The notes below the pieces were generated by a model. That model was not told where the DNA came from. It made no database searches and saw nothing but the letters and a program-made list of their open reading frames with translations. The translations under genes were made by a program, and so were the position numbers. Source: Octopus bimaculoides (lineage: Eukaryota). From it: DNA of 64,000 nucleotides. This document shows, in pieces, positions 13,421-26,021 of the stretch. The stretch spans positions 63,158,579 through 63,222,578 of the forward strand of contig NC_068989.1 of NCBI RefSeq assembly GCF_001194135.2, given 5' to 3'. Within the stretch, counting starts at the first letter, position 1, and each line of letters opens with the position of its first letter.

Positions 13421-13734
13421 TGGTGGGCTTAAGTGCTAGCATTGTTGCAGTTGCATATAATGTTTATTTCCCAATTTCGTTACTTCATTAACACATGCCA
13501 TACATCAGTGCAACTAATCTTCGTGTCCTTTAAATTAAGTGATATTTGGAAGAAACTAGAAATCATATGCAGAGGATAAACATTGACCACTTAGGGACGG
13601 CTGAAAAACTGAAATTAATATAAAGCGCTTAGTAGACGTTGGCTGGAAAATCTACCTAACATACCATTATGCTAAGTTGACAATGGGAAGAAGTAAGGGG
13701 AACTAGAAGCACATGATCACAGGTGACTGTAGAT

Positions 13735-15505
13735 GAAGCATTTGAGGAAAAAGAAAACAGAAATGAAGGAAGAGGTAGAGGAGGAAGGGGGTGAAGAGGA
13801 AAAGGAAGATGAGGTGTTGGTGGAGGAGGAGGACAAGGACAAGGAAAATGAGGGTAAAGAGGGGGAGAGGGACGACAGTGAGGAGGAGAATGGAGTGGAG
13901 GAGGGGAGGAGAAGAAGGAAGAGGAAAAGAGAAGGAAGAGGAAAAGAGATGGAAGAAAGGAAGAGGGGGACAAGGAGAAGGAAGAGGAGGTCATGGTGGA
14001 GGAGGTGATGGTGAAAAAGGAGAAAGAAGACGTGGATGAGGAGGAATAGGAGGAAGTGGAGGAGGGTAGGATAAGTAGGAAGGAGAGGAAGGGGCGGGGA
14101 AGAAAGAAAGGGAGGGAAGAAGAAAGAAGAGAGGAAGAAGAAAAGAGAGAGGAAGAAGGAAGGGGAGAGGAAGAAGAAGAGGGAGAGGAAGAAGAAAAGG
14201 GAAAGGAAGGAGGAAGGGGAGAGGAAGAAGAAGAGGGAGAGGAAGAAGAAGAGGGAGAGGAAGAAGAAGAGGGAGAGGAAGAAGAAGAGGGAGAGGAAGA
14301 AGAAGAGGGAGAGGAAGAAGAAGTGGGAGAGGAAGAAGAAGAGGGAGAGGAAGAAGGTAGGGGAAAGGAAGAAGAAAAGTGAGAGGAAGTAGGAAGGGGA
14401 GAGGAAGAAGGAAGGGGAGAGGAAGAAGGCAGAGGAGAGGAAGAAGAAAAGGGAAAGGAAGGAGGAAGAGGAGATGAAGAAGAAAAGGGAGAGGAAGGAG
14501 GAAGGGGAGAGGAAGAAGAAGAGGGAGAGGAAGGAGGAAGGGGAGAGGAAGAAGAAGAGGGAGAGGAAGGGGAGAGGAAGAAGAAAAGGGAGAGGAAGAA
14601 GGAAGGGGAGAGGAAGGAGGAAGGCGAGAGGAAGGAGGAAGGCGAGAGGAAGAAGGAAGGAGAGAGGAAGAAGAAAAGGGAGAGGAAGAAGAAAGGGGAG
14701 ATGAAGAAGAAAAGGGAGAGGAAGGAGGAAGGGGAGAGGAAGAAGGAAGGGGAGTGGAAGAAGGAAGAGGAGAGGAAGAAGAAAAGGGAAAGGAAGGAGG
14801 AAGAAGGAAGGAAAGAGGAAGGAGGAAGGGGAGAGGAAGTAGGAAGAGGAGAGGAAGAGGAGAGGAAGAGGAAAAGGGAGAGGAAGGAAGAAGGGGTGAG
14901 GAAGAAGGAAGAGAAGAGGAAGGAGGAAGAAGGGAGAGGTGAGGAAGGAGGAAGGGGAGAGGAAGAAGGAAGGGGAGAGAAAGGAGGAAGAAGGAAGGGG
15001 AGAGAAAGGAGGAAGAAGGAAGGGGAGAGGAAGGAGGAATGGGGAGAGGAAGAAGGAAGAGGAGAGGAAGGAGGAAGAGGAGAGGAAGGAGGAAGAAGAA
15101 GAGGGAGAGGAAGAATGAAGGGGAAAGGAAGAAGGAAGAGGAGAGGAAGGAGCAAGAAGGAAGGGGAAAGGAAGGAAGAAGGGGAGAGGAAGAAGGAAGA
15201 GGAGAGGAAGGAGGAATGGGAGAGGAAGAAGAAAAAGGAGAGGAAGGAGGAAGGGGAGAGGAAGAAGGAAGAGGAGAGGAAGAAGGAAGTGGAGAGGAAG
15301 GAGGAAGGGAGAGGAAGGAGGAAGGGGAGAGGAAGAAGAAGAGGAGAGGAAGAAGGAAGGGGAGAGGGAGAGGAAGAAGGAAGGGGAGAGGGAGAGGAAG
15401 AAGGAAGGTGGGGGAGTACGAGGACATGGAAGAGGAGGTGGAGTGTAGAGAAAGAGAAGGAAGGGGAGGAACAGGAGGGACGGGAGGAAGGGGAGGAAGA
15501 GGAGG
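13735..15505 (+). repeat. About 1.8 kb polypurine (G/A) low-complexity minisatellite with an 18-nt core GAGGAAGAAGAAGAGGGA
   Basis: The plus strand is almost exclusively G and A. Near-perfect 18-mer tandem copies lie at about 14221-14345, with degenerate copies through 15410. Confidence 0.97.
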
Positions 15506-17443
15506 CTTCTCTTCCTTCCGGATAATTGTCACTCTCAAATACTAAAATTTATAACGTATTAGGAGCACATGGATGTATCAAAAGTGCTTTGGAAATACGG
15601 CTGATATTTGAACGCACTAAGAAATAACTGATAAACAATTGTGGAAGTTACATGAAGAATTATCACCTTTGAATCCATTACTATTTGATATTCGTTTAAT
15701 TTTCTTTCTTTTCGTGTACCATTTATAGATGCTAAAAAAATGAGAATAAATTTACTTAACGCTTATACCCACTTTTCTATATAAGGTATTAAGTACAAGT
15801 CAACTCGATGTTGCTCATTGTGCTCCGGGTTCTTTGGTGAAGAGTGAAAATGGCCGAAAAGCCGTGAACATGACATGACATAGAATAACTCAAATAAGGT
15901 TCTAGAGTATACTGCAGCCTACATTTCTTGTTTATTAACAAAATATAAAGATATGTTTGGAAAAACAGACAATTGTTTAAAAGGACACAGTGACATTTGT
16001 TATCGAAGGAATGTAGTGCATTTAATCATCTGCTATATACATTTTCAACAAACTAAACCTTTTTATCATCAATCCGAGGAGAATACTACAAAAGTAAGTC
16101 GTCGACAAAGGAAAGTTGTCTAATATACATTTGGCTTAATTCATTCTGTGTGCGTTTCCCTTGTTACATAATGCTTTTATGCTTCTGATTCGTTCTCTAT
16201 AATTTCGTCATAAATGGTTGACTCGACTCTCCTTCAGTGAAAAGTTTATTTTTATGAATGCCTTTTTGTTTGTAACTGCACGCAAAGTATTACTTTTGGG
16301 GATGTCACATGTTATAAGAAAACATGCTAGACCCCATCAAAGAAATTCCTTCGATTATAGAATAAAAGTTGATTGAAAGGACAAGTTTACCCATGTCAGC
16401 AAGATTTAATATTTTTAGTAGCTTTTAGATGATTACATCTAAAATAAGTTGCTACCATTATTATCGTTATTCGTGTTACTATTATTATTGTTTTTTTTTT
16501 TTTTTACAGACATCTCAATACCATGTTCATAGTTGTATTCCATATTGGAACACATTTTATTCTTTTCGTTTTGCTAAATTTCGAAAGCACAGCAAGCTGC
16601 ATGGTTTCGTATACGAATACGCTTATGTAAACAATGCAATCGAAGATAGAAAATACAGGTAACCGGTGTGTATGTATATTTCAAGAGTTACTAACCAAAT
16701 ACAACACATCAACTATCCACAATCACATTACTTAAATGCCCACAATGTTTATCGATGTAACACAAGTGGATAACACAATATACAAACGAAACGCATTCCT
16801 GACAACTGGTAACTGCATATTAATAGCGGGCAAGCTCAAATATTTTACTTAACAACCCGATTAAATTACCCAGTATATGAAAGATGGACAAGTGAACATT
16901 CCCGTACCTTGTGGTACCAGTCCGGTGTGTTCACTTTCCAGTTTATCTCTTTAGATTTCCTGCGGAAGTCAGAGCCAGTGCATCTAGTCACGATGTTTCG
17001 CAAACGAATACGTTTATGTAGGCAATATCATCGAAGGTAGAAAACGTAGATAATGGGTGTACAGTTAAATCAATATTTTCTATCTCTCGACTTATAAATC
17101 TCCTCTCAATAATTTTCTATAATATATTATACTGCAAACATATTTTCCTCGTATTCACTCTATCTCCATTTTTTACATAGCTACTTCTCTTGTCTATACT
17201 ACACTTAATGATCGTTCACGTAGCTCCACCAAGTAAAGAAAACAATTTGTGATTCTATATAGAGCCAAAATGAACCGATGTAAATACAAACAAACAAAAG
17301 CGAGCAATGCACAGAATACGAAATCGCTGTCAACCTTTTCTTTGTAGAAGTTAATGTACACGTATTATAATAAAAAGTATTGTCTAAGCCTTCAGTTTAA
17401 TGTCAAATTGTAATTATACATAACAAATATATCTCTATCCCTC

Positions 17444-17484
<41 letters not shown>

Positions 17485-17681
17485 NNNNNNNNNNNNNNNN
17501 NNNNNNNNNNNNNNNNNNNNNNNNNNNNNNNNNNNNNNNNNNNNNNNNNNNNNNNNNNNNNNNNNNNNNNNNNNNNNNNNNNNNNNNNNNNNNNNNNNNN
17601 NNNNNNNNNNNNNNNNNNNNNNNNNNNNNNNNNNNNNNNNNNNNNNNNNNNNNNNNNNNNNNNNNNNNNNNNNNNNNNNNN

Positions 17682-17717
<36 letters not shown>

Positions 17718-18839
17718 GCTTTAAATGCTATCTCTAGCCGGTGGTTTTCTTGTACCGACGAAGTGAAATTAACCTGAATCCATTGGCCTGCATGTATCGC
17801 GACGGCTAGAAAAAGCGGCAATAGACTCTCTTGCTCACAGTATACGAGCACAGTACATGTATCGGCGGCCAGCTGGTAAAGATGTTTTCCTGGGGATAAA
17901 ATGTAGTAATATTGTCCTGTGTAGGTTTGCCACGTTGCGTTGGCAAATTGTCTTTACTTTTCCGAACTGTTATTACATATTTCTCGCTCAGAGATTTAAG
18001 ACTAGTTATTCTCTTTACGAGATCAGCAATTGTGCGTCGCTTTAAAAGTATATATTTTGAGCAGAGCGAGTGATTGTAGCCGGCGGTCTACATGTATTGC
18101 TACGGCTTGAAAGGGATCAATAGACTCCCTTGCTCACAGTATACGGTCACAGACCATGTTTCGGTAGCCAGCTTGTGTGTGTATTTATGCGTATGCGTGT
18201 GTTCCTTATAATCAGTTATTTAGTAGAAATTTGTCAAAATGTGAAAATTGTGAAGCGCAACAGGGTGCTAATGCGCAAAATTATGCGTAAATTGTTACCA
18301 TTCGATTTGGAAAATTATTTTGCAATTTCCGAAATGAAAAATAAAGGTTGTCAGAATCGTAATCTCTGAAATTCCAAGCAAAACATTTGTAAAAATATAG
18401 AATACATTTTAGGGAACAGAAATGATTAAGTTGTTGATTGAGTGAGGTGAAAATACTGACGCTTCATTTTATTTTTCTTCCTCCTTATCTTTAACTATCT
18501 TAACGTTCTATGTTCTTCATATAGAAATATAGACGTATATGTTCAGTAATAAACATATGCTTTTTCGATAACTTGAACCTATCTTTCTTTCTATACATCA
18601 TTAATTGTGCCCTACCTGCACATTTACTAAGCGCCTGTAAGTGGAGTACCCCTCTCTCACTCTCTTTCTCTCTCACTCTCTTTCTCTCTCACTCTTAATT
18701 TCTCACATTTTCTCTTTCTTTCTGTCTCTGTCTCTATCTTTCTGTATATGTGTGTGAGTGTGTGTGTGTGTGTGTGTTTATATTTCTATCTTTCTTTCTA
18801 TCCATCTATCAATGTCCGTAGCTATATCCTTTATCTTTT

Positions 18840-19210
18840 GTCTTTCACTTGTCATTTGATTGCGGCTAGTGCTTATATGTTTTTAAAAGCCTGGTAATTG
18901 TTGTATAGCTCACTTTTTTCCCAACCGCTAGCTTACGAGAACGTAAATACAGCACATATTGTCATGCGTTGTTGTTGTTGTTGTTGTTGGGGAGACAAAC
19001 AGATACAGAGAAACACACGGATAAATGTATATATATATACATATACATATATACGACGGGCTTCTTTCAGTCTCCGTCCACCAAATCCACTCACATGGCT
19101 TTTGTTGGCCCCAGACTATAGGAAGTGACTTGCCTAAGGTGCTACGCAGTAGGACTGAGCTCTGAAACATGTTGTTGAGAAGCAAGTTTCTTACCACAGG
19201 GACACGCCTA
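18840..19210 (-). mobile_element. tRNA-derived CORE-type SINE, family A, near full length
   Basis: The reverse complement has a tRNA-like head, a CORE-like accttaggcaagtcacttcc segment and gtgagtggatttggtggacggagactgaaagaagcccgtcgtat, followed by the 3' part also seen at 59980-60145. Confidence 0.88.
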
Positions 19211-19963
19211 TCTCTATGAAATCTACCTGCATATATGCCCTGCCTCAGTTTTATGTAATCTGCTTATTTGGAATGTCCCCCTGTCTGTCTTTTCATCCAT
19301 AAATCAATGTATTAATGCATGTATCTATCTACACTACTTACCTATAGAACATACATCAGTTTATCTTACTCATTATCAATGCATCGATGTATCGAATGTA
19401 TGTACCAAAAGGTTAACCACAATTATATCTATCTAAAATGCCCTACATCAGTTTCTACGTTTTCGTAGCTACGTATTATAACATTAGAAGGATAATGAAA
19501 AAAAACTGGATGACAACATTATAAGCAATCTTAGTTGCACAAACACACAACACATAAACACACTAACGTATACGCATATAGACACATATACAGAAACGCA
19601 CATGCATACATACATACATACATACATACATACACACATATACATAGATATAAACATACATACCTACATCCATACACACACACACATGTGCACACATGCA
19701 CAAATCCCAATGAGCAAACAATCATGTATGCATACACAAATCTCGTCTTTTCAAGAAGCGCATTAAAACCGGGAATACAAATTATAAATCATTGGAATGG
19801 AGAGAGAGAGAATGTAACAGAGATGTATAGTGTTAAACACATTAACTCAATGAGCTGACATGCTAAATCCTTTTGTTCTAGCTCTACAGATAATCAGTCA
19901 GAATATCATTATATTTATCAACCATTTGTATCTACACATCCACCTAGCTTTCGGTTTGTATAC

Positions 19964-20003
<40 letters not shown>

Positions 20004-20022
20004 TTATCTATCTATCTATTTA

Positions 20023-20054
<32 letters not shown>

Positions 20055-20306
20055 ACTCTCTCTCTCGCTCTCGATATATATACATATATATATTTATATT
20101 CATCCATCTATCAATTGATAGGTTTGTTTTCTAGCCCTGTCATGTACAGTAAGTAATGTATTCAGAAAATGCATGAATTGTATATATGCATGTATGTAGA
20201 GGGAAGAGAGAGAGGAGAGAGAGAGGAGAGAGAGACACACAAACACACACTCACATATACATGTATACTTATATCTATATTTATCTATTTCTATCTGCAT
20301 AGAATC

Positions 20307-20353
<47 letters not shown>

Positions 20354-20367
20354 GACAACAACAACAC

Positions 20368-20408
<41 letters not shown>

Positions 20409-20417
20409 TTCTACTCT

Positions 20418-20605
20418 AGGCACAAGGCCCGAAACATTTGGGGGGGAACAATCGATTAGATCGACCCCAGTACACAACTGGTACTTAATTTATCAACCCC
20501 GAAACGATGAAAAGCAAAGTGGACCTCGGCGGAATTTGAACTCAGAACTTAAAGATAGACGAAATACCGCTGAGCATTTCGCCCGGCATGCTAACAATTC
20601 TGCCA
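20418..20605 (-). mobile_element. tRNA-derived SINE, family B, with (TAT)n tail (20306-20408)
   Basis: Well-preserved copy. The reverse complement reads tggcagaattg (A box) ... gagttcaaattcc (B box) gccgaggtccactttgcttttcatcgtttcggggttgataaattaagtaccag. Confidence 0.92.
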
Positions 20606-20642
20606 ATAATGATAGACTTATTTCTATTTTCCAAATAAAATT

Positions 20643-22602
20643 ATGTATTTTAACTACATCATCACGATTGCTCTCACAGAACCTGTAAACATGCTCGCTA
20701 CATTACGATCCCCTCAACAGCAGATCATTTCCGTCCACAAACACCATGCACAAAAGATTAAAAATAAATTAAATAATACCTGTATTATTCAAGCCAAGAA
20801 TAACAATCAGGAAGTACGTACTTTAAACTTGTCACACAAAAAGTACGAAAAACTGCTTGTGCAAAACCATTTAACACCAGAAATGAAAGAACCGGTACCC
20901 TACGAAAATGATGACCGTCAAAATAAAGGGCCAGACGTTATTCCTCTCGACCCGCAAATAAAATTATAAAAGCATAAATGGACACGTGAGGAATATATTT
21001 CAATCTAACACAACATATACATATAAAATCTGGAAGAAAAATAACCTAGATAAATATTTGGTGTCAGCAATGAAGCATAATAAAGTAGCTAACAGGCAAA
21101 GATATATTCTAAAAAAAAAAAAACAATATTAGAAATAGAAATAGAACAGTTAAAAAGAAAAATACATAAGGAAAATGTAGATAGTAACCACGCAGCAATC
21201 CCAAATAATATCATAAGCACTGGGACTGTAAAACACGAAGACAGGCGTAACATTTCCAACATCAGCAAAGTAAACAACGAAAGACAACAAACCCAGAACG
21301 TAGAAATGTATAATGATGAACAAAATGCAACAAACCAGAACACCACAAACAAAAAGCATGAACGGGAGGGAATACGAAACAAATCTAAAACCTGGAAACA
21401 GTGAAGGTAAACCTAATGATTATGATACTCTAAAAATGACCATAATCAAAAAACTGAAAGCCAGAGATCTGAGCATGGACCACCGGCTGTACCTCCCAAA
21501 AATTAGAATTGATACTATAATAACATCAATAATAAATAACATGAACCTGGTCCGCACAGAACTAATAGCCACAGAAACTAATGTAAATAGGACAAGGCTA
21601 AATGATATAATATAAGCAAGCAACAAAATAAAAGCTGGATACTCCCGCAAACCCATCTAAACAGGAGTTCCACCACCCAAACAAAACCTGTGGATAAATA
21701 ATATCCAGAAAAAATAGAAAACAAGTGAAAAGATTTGTCAATCCTTAACGAAATTAGAAAACAATCAACACTACTAAGCAACAAAACAAGAACAAAAATA
21801 CTGTGTAAATACAAAATTGCAGAAAAAGGTACACTTGAGGTAAAAGAACAGCTAAAGCAAGAAATCCTTGACAAAGCACAAAGAATCCGCCGGTGTGAGA
21901 AACGCCAACGTTTCTTTGAACAAACAGTTCAACTCCAACCCCAAAAGTTTCTACCAAGAATTTGGCAAAAATAAAATAAGCATTAATGCAGCACCAACAG
22001 TAGAAGTAGAAGAAGTTTGGAACGAAATACGGTCGGTGTTGGAAAAACCTCAGAAAAGGTTTATCAAAGCAACGAAGTCTCTGGGTTAGACTGGGAACCG
22101 TACATACCGACAAAACTATAAAAGCTAAGAAACCGGATATTATTATAAAAGATCAGACGAAAAAATGTGTTTATTAATAGACATGAGTATTCCTTGCGAT
22201 CACAATATAGCGGCGAAAGAATTTGACAAGATCAGTAAATATAAAGACTTGCTAATAGAAATTGAACAAATGTGGCATCTCAGGACGACTACCTACCAGT
22301 GATTATTGGATCTTTAAGAATGATAAAAAAAGGCACTGAAACCTATTTGAAAATGATACCAGGCCTATCATCCCTACAGGAAGTTCAAAAATCGTGTTAA
22401 CTGGAACGACTCATGTACTGAGAAGAGCATTATCACTGTGAAAACAACATCCATTTATTAATTTTTTCTAATACATATTTTACCTGTGAATTTGCGTGTG
22501 TAAACTGGGAATGCATACAATGAGCTTCTCTGCCCTAGGTGTACGGAAAACCCTCGGCGAGAAATGGAAGAAAATTTGAACAAAGAAGAAAAAAGCAACA
22601 TG

Positions 22603-22663
<61 letters not shown>

Positions 22664-22676
22664 TAATAATAATAAT
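20643..22676 (+). mobile_element. R4/Dong-like (RLE-class) non-LTR retrotransposon, internally deleted (RT missing), with 3' UTR and (AAT)n tail
   Basis: N-terminal remnants: LEIEIEQLKRKI, PKQNLWINNIQKKI..KDLSILNEI, LKQEILDKAQRIRRCEKRQRFFEQ, NSNPKSFYQEFGK. These are joined at about 22040 directly to the RLE domain: TDKTIKAKKPDIIIKD..IDMSIPCDHNIAAKEFDKISKYKDLLIEIEQMW..IVLTGTTHVLRRALSL* (stop 22439-22441). (AAT)n runs 22603-22676. Confidence 0.88.
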
Positions 22677-22679
22677 CAT

Positions 22680-23115
22680 GCGCCCTGATGCAGTACCAGG
22701 CAGTAGCTGTCGTGGCTTCTGATCTTAACTGATTGGAGGTTTTTTCGTGTACAATGTTTCGTCTAGGTATAAAAGTTAGGCTACAACAAATATTCTGCTC
22801 AATACCATAGATTTGCTTGTCAGTTGTTTGACGTTAACCAGTTGAGCATGTCCCTTAGTGGGTGGCAATACGGGTATCTCTAATCACGAGCAGTAGAAGT
22901 GGGGTAGCATCATAGCCATGTGCTGAAAGGAATTATGTGGGGTTTGGATAATTCATCTTTGGAAACATCAGTCTTTCGTTCAACATCCTTAAGCAACTCT
23001 TATTCAGGGAACTTTTGAGCAGGATGGGCTACCCGACCTAACGAAAATTCTAACTGGATCCACGCTGCAAGGTCATGCGATGTTTATCTACATGAGATCA
23101 CTATGTCACGCACAT
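22680..23115 (-). mobile_element. Unclassified retroposon-like repeat ending tail-to-tail on the same (AAT/ATT)n tract
   Basis: GC-richer block whose reverse complement ends ...ctggtactgcatcagggcgcatg-(att)n. It resembles an abundant octopod repeat from memory; not verified. Confidence 0.5.
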
Positions 23116-23310
23116 ATGGAGTGAAAGAGACAATTATCATTAAAGATGCCGGATGGTGACTGGCGGTGGAAGGATGAATGCAAGTAAACGTCAGGGGGTT
23201 ACGCAAGAGTTATGAAATGAAAATAAATTATAGTATTTAATTTTATTTTAAAGTGATAAATATTTTGTCTATTGATAAAAAAAAATCGTGTTCATTCCAT
23301 CAATTTACTA

Positions 23311-23590
23311 TAAGCGCAAAGTGTAGTAAGAAGTTTCCTTCCCAATCACATTGTTCCGTGTACAGTCTTCTATTATAGCCCTTCCAACCAAAACCTTGAG
23401 AGTAGATTTGGCTGACGGACAATTAAATAAAGATGCTTGTCGTATACTTAGGTGTGCTTGTTCGTCCAATTACTGCTTGACAACTGATGTTGGTTTGCTT
23501 ACGTCCCTGTGACTTATCGGTTCGCCAATTAAAGGTATAAGAATATAAGATAGACATCGATAGAATAAGTACCGGATTTAATAAAAATAT
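23311..23590 (+). mobile_element. Old diverged copy of SINE family A
   Basis: cttcccaatcacattgttccgtgtacagtc, ccttgagagtagatttggctgacgg, gcttacgtccctgtgacttatcggttcg and gatagaataagtacc appear in the same order as in 59781-60145. Confidence 0.7.
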
Positions 23591-23897
23591 AATAAGCATT
23601 GGGTTAGATTTCTTCGACTAAACGCTTTGATGTTGCAACCCCATCATGGACACAGATCAATGATTGAAACAAGGAAAATGAAAAGAAGTTAAATGTTATG
23701 TTCCTCAATAATCTTATCTTCGGTAAACCACTCTCCGACATTGAACAATAAACATGTCTAACCACACATAACCTTTCACTGAGAGATATCAACGCATAAC
23801 GATGTTAAGTCGTTCTCTCCCTCTCACTCCCTCTCTCTTCCTCTCTCTCTCTCTCACACTCTCTCACACTCGCTCACTCTCTCTCACTCTCTCTCTC

Positions 23898-23946
<49 letters not shown>

Positions 23947-24249
23947 CTTTCTCCCTCTATGTACTTTTACATCGATATAGCTTTAAATATAATTTTGGAG
24001 AGCGTCTTTTGTAACTCGTGTATCAAAATGTTGGCTGTCTGCACATTTTATTATTACTAAATGAACCACATAGCAAAATTTAATAATATTTAATTAATTA
24101 TTCTAATTATTGTTTTTTAGGCATGTCTCCAATGTTTCGCACGTCAACATTTTTGTTTTTTCTTGAGACTGCTTATGTTTTCTTGTCATAGCCTTCATTT
24201 CCTCCTCAAATTTTACCCTCCTGTAATCTGTCTGTAATAACGTCTCCTT

Positions 24250-24780
24250 CGTCATATTACTGTTATTGCTCTGTGAACTACATTACATCATTTAACTTAT
24301 GGTTACTACTCAATGTTCTGCAATAACTTTTTCTTTCATCATCTCACCGTTTCTTTCACCATTGTTACCGTTATCATCATCCTCCGCTTCATTCCCACTC
24401 TCTTTCTTTACTTCCTCATCATCATCATGGTTCTTACAGTCCTCACACTCAACCTCATCCTAATTATATCGTTATAATTATTATCTTCGTCGCCGTCGTC
24501 GTCTTCAGCAACACCATCATAACCATCATTATAGTTTTCGCTTTTACTCTTGTCATCTGCCCCCCCCCCTCATCCTCATCCTTCCCATAAACATCCTCCT
24601 CACAATCATCATCACCATATTCATAACCTCACCACCACCACTACCACCTTCTTCATCATTATTACTATAATCATTGTCGCCGTCGACGCCATCGTCGTCA
24701 TCGTCATCATCATTAGCGGCAATAGTCTCTCAATTATACACATTATTGTATTCACTTTCTTCATCTTTTCTTTTAAACTT
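24250..24780 (+). repeat. Degenerate pyrimidine-rich trinucleotide low-complexity tract (CAT/CCT/CAC/CGT)
   Basis: Read directly: catcatc, cgtcgtcgtc, caccaccacc and ctcatcctc motifs. Confidence 0.85.
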
Positions 24781-25759
24781 AATTAGATTTCTTCCTTGTT
24801 TGTTTTTGTATTCTAAGGTTTATGTTTGATTTTGTGCTTGTATGACGGTGTTTTTGTTTTTAATTATTTTAAAGTTTATTGTCTGTGAAGTGTTAACTTC
24901 TTTAAAAAAAAAAAAAGAAAAGACTTCAAGATAGTTCTCTACATGAAGTCATTATTTTGAGCGTTATTTATGAACTATAAGGTGAATCTCTAAACGAATT
25001 ATTATCGATAAAGAACTTCAGTTTAGCATTGCCTAGAGAATAATCTAATTAAGATAATAAAAATAGCTAACAAATAAAATTCATTACCGAAGGAAATTAA
25101 CACACGGGGTAATAGCATTCCAAATAATTTCCAAAGAAAATGTATCATGTTGTGTTACCAATAGCTAATTCCTACATTAATAACTAAATTATCCAAATTA
25201 TTGAACTTGACATTTCAAATTGGTCAAAAACATGGCATAATATACACAAGTAGAGCTAGTCTTCATTATAACAGGAATTCCAATATTTAATTTTTCAATA
25301 ATTTTCCTAAAAACATTGTTTAACCTAATAGAAATATAAAGTACAAAAATACATATTTCAAGCAATTATTTTATGTATACAAATGTTGCTTGTAAAGGAT
25401 TAGATTAACGCCATTCCGTTGGTAATAACAACCTTTTGAAAGATAAATTTACATCTTTGACGTTGAGTTCTTGTAAAAATTTACAGTGATCGATATTGTA
25501 AAGCTATACGATTAACGATTTATAGCATTAAGATCTACGTTCCCAGTTGGTCAAAATACTAACACCTTAGTGAAAGTAACGGATGTTTTATTACTTACTT
25601 TTCTTCTTTCGTTTAAAACTAAGTGCCTCCATGTTAAAGGAAAACCTAATAAACTTAATAATAAAAACTGATGAAATGTCTTTAAACATTGTGCCCGGCA
25701 CGCAATCTATTTTGCCGTTTCGCCACCTTAATAATAATTATAACAATCTTTTCTGCTAT

Positions 25760-25974
25760 AGGCAGGAAGTATAAAATTTTGGCGGAGGGGCAAGCTGATT
25801 GGCTAGTTGATTACGTTGATCCCAGGGCTTTACTGGTACTTATTTCATGGAGCCAGAAACGATGAAAGGCAAAGTCGACCTCGGTGGAATTTGAAATCAG
25901 TACGTAAAAGACGGGTGAAATATCGCTCAGCAATATTATCATACACGACAAAGAATCTAACATCTCGGTGCCTT
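25760..25974 (-). mobile_element. tRNA-derived SINE, family B
   Basis: ctggtacttatttcatggagccagaaacgatgaaaggcaaagtcgacctcggtggaatttgaa matches the other copies. Confidence 0.88.
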
Positions 25975-26021
25975 ACTACTACTACTACTACTACTACTAA
26001 TAATAATAATAATAATAATAA

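Noticed and set aside
13656-15545. Long ORFs of 499 aa and 515 aa (minus) and 274 aa (plus)
   Set aside because: They arise because a pure purine/pyrimidine tract rarely contains stop codons. They are open in several frames on both strands, with only L/P/S/F or E/G/R/K content.
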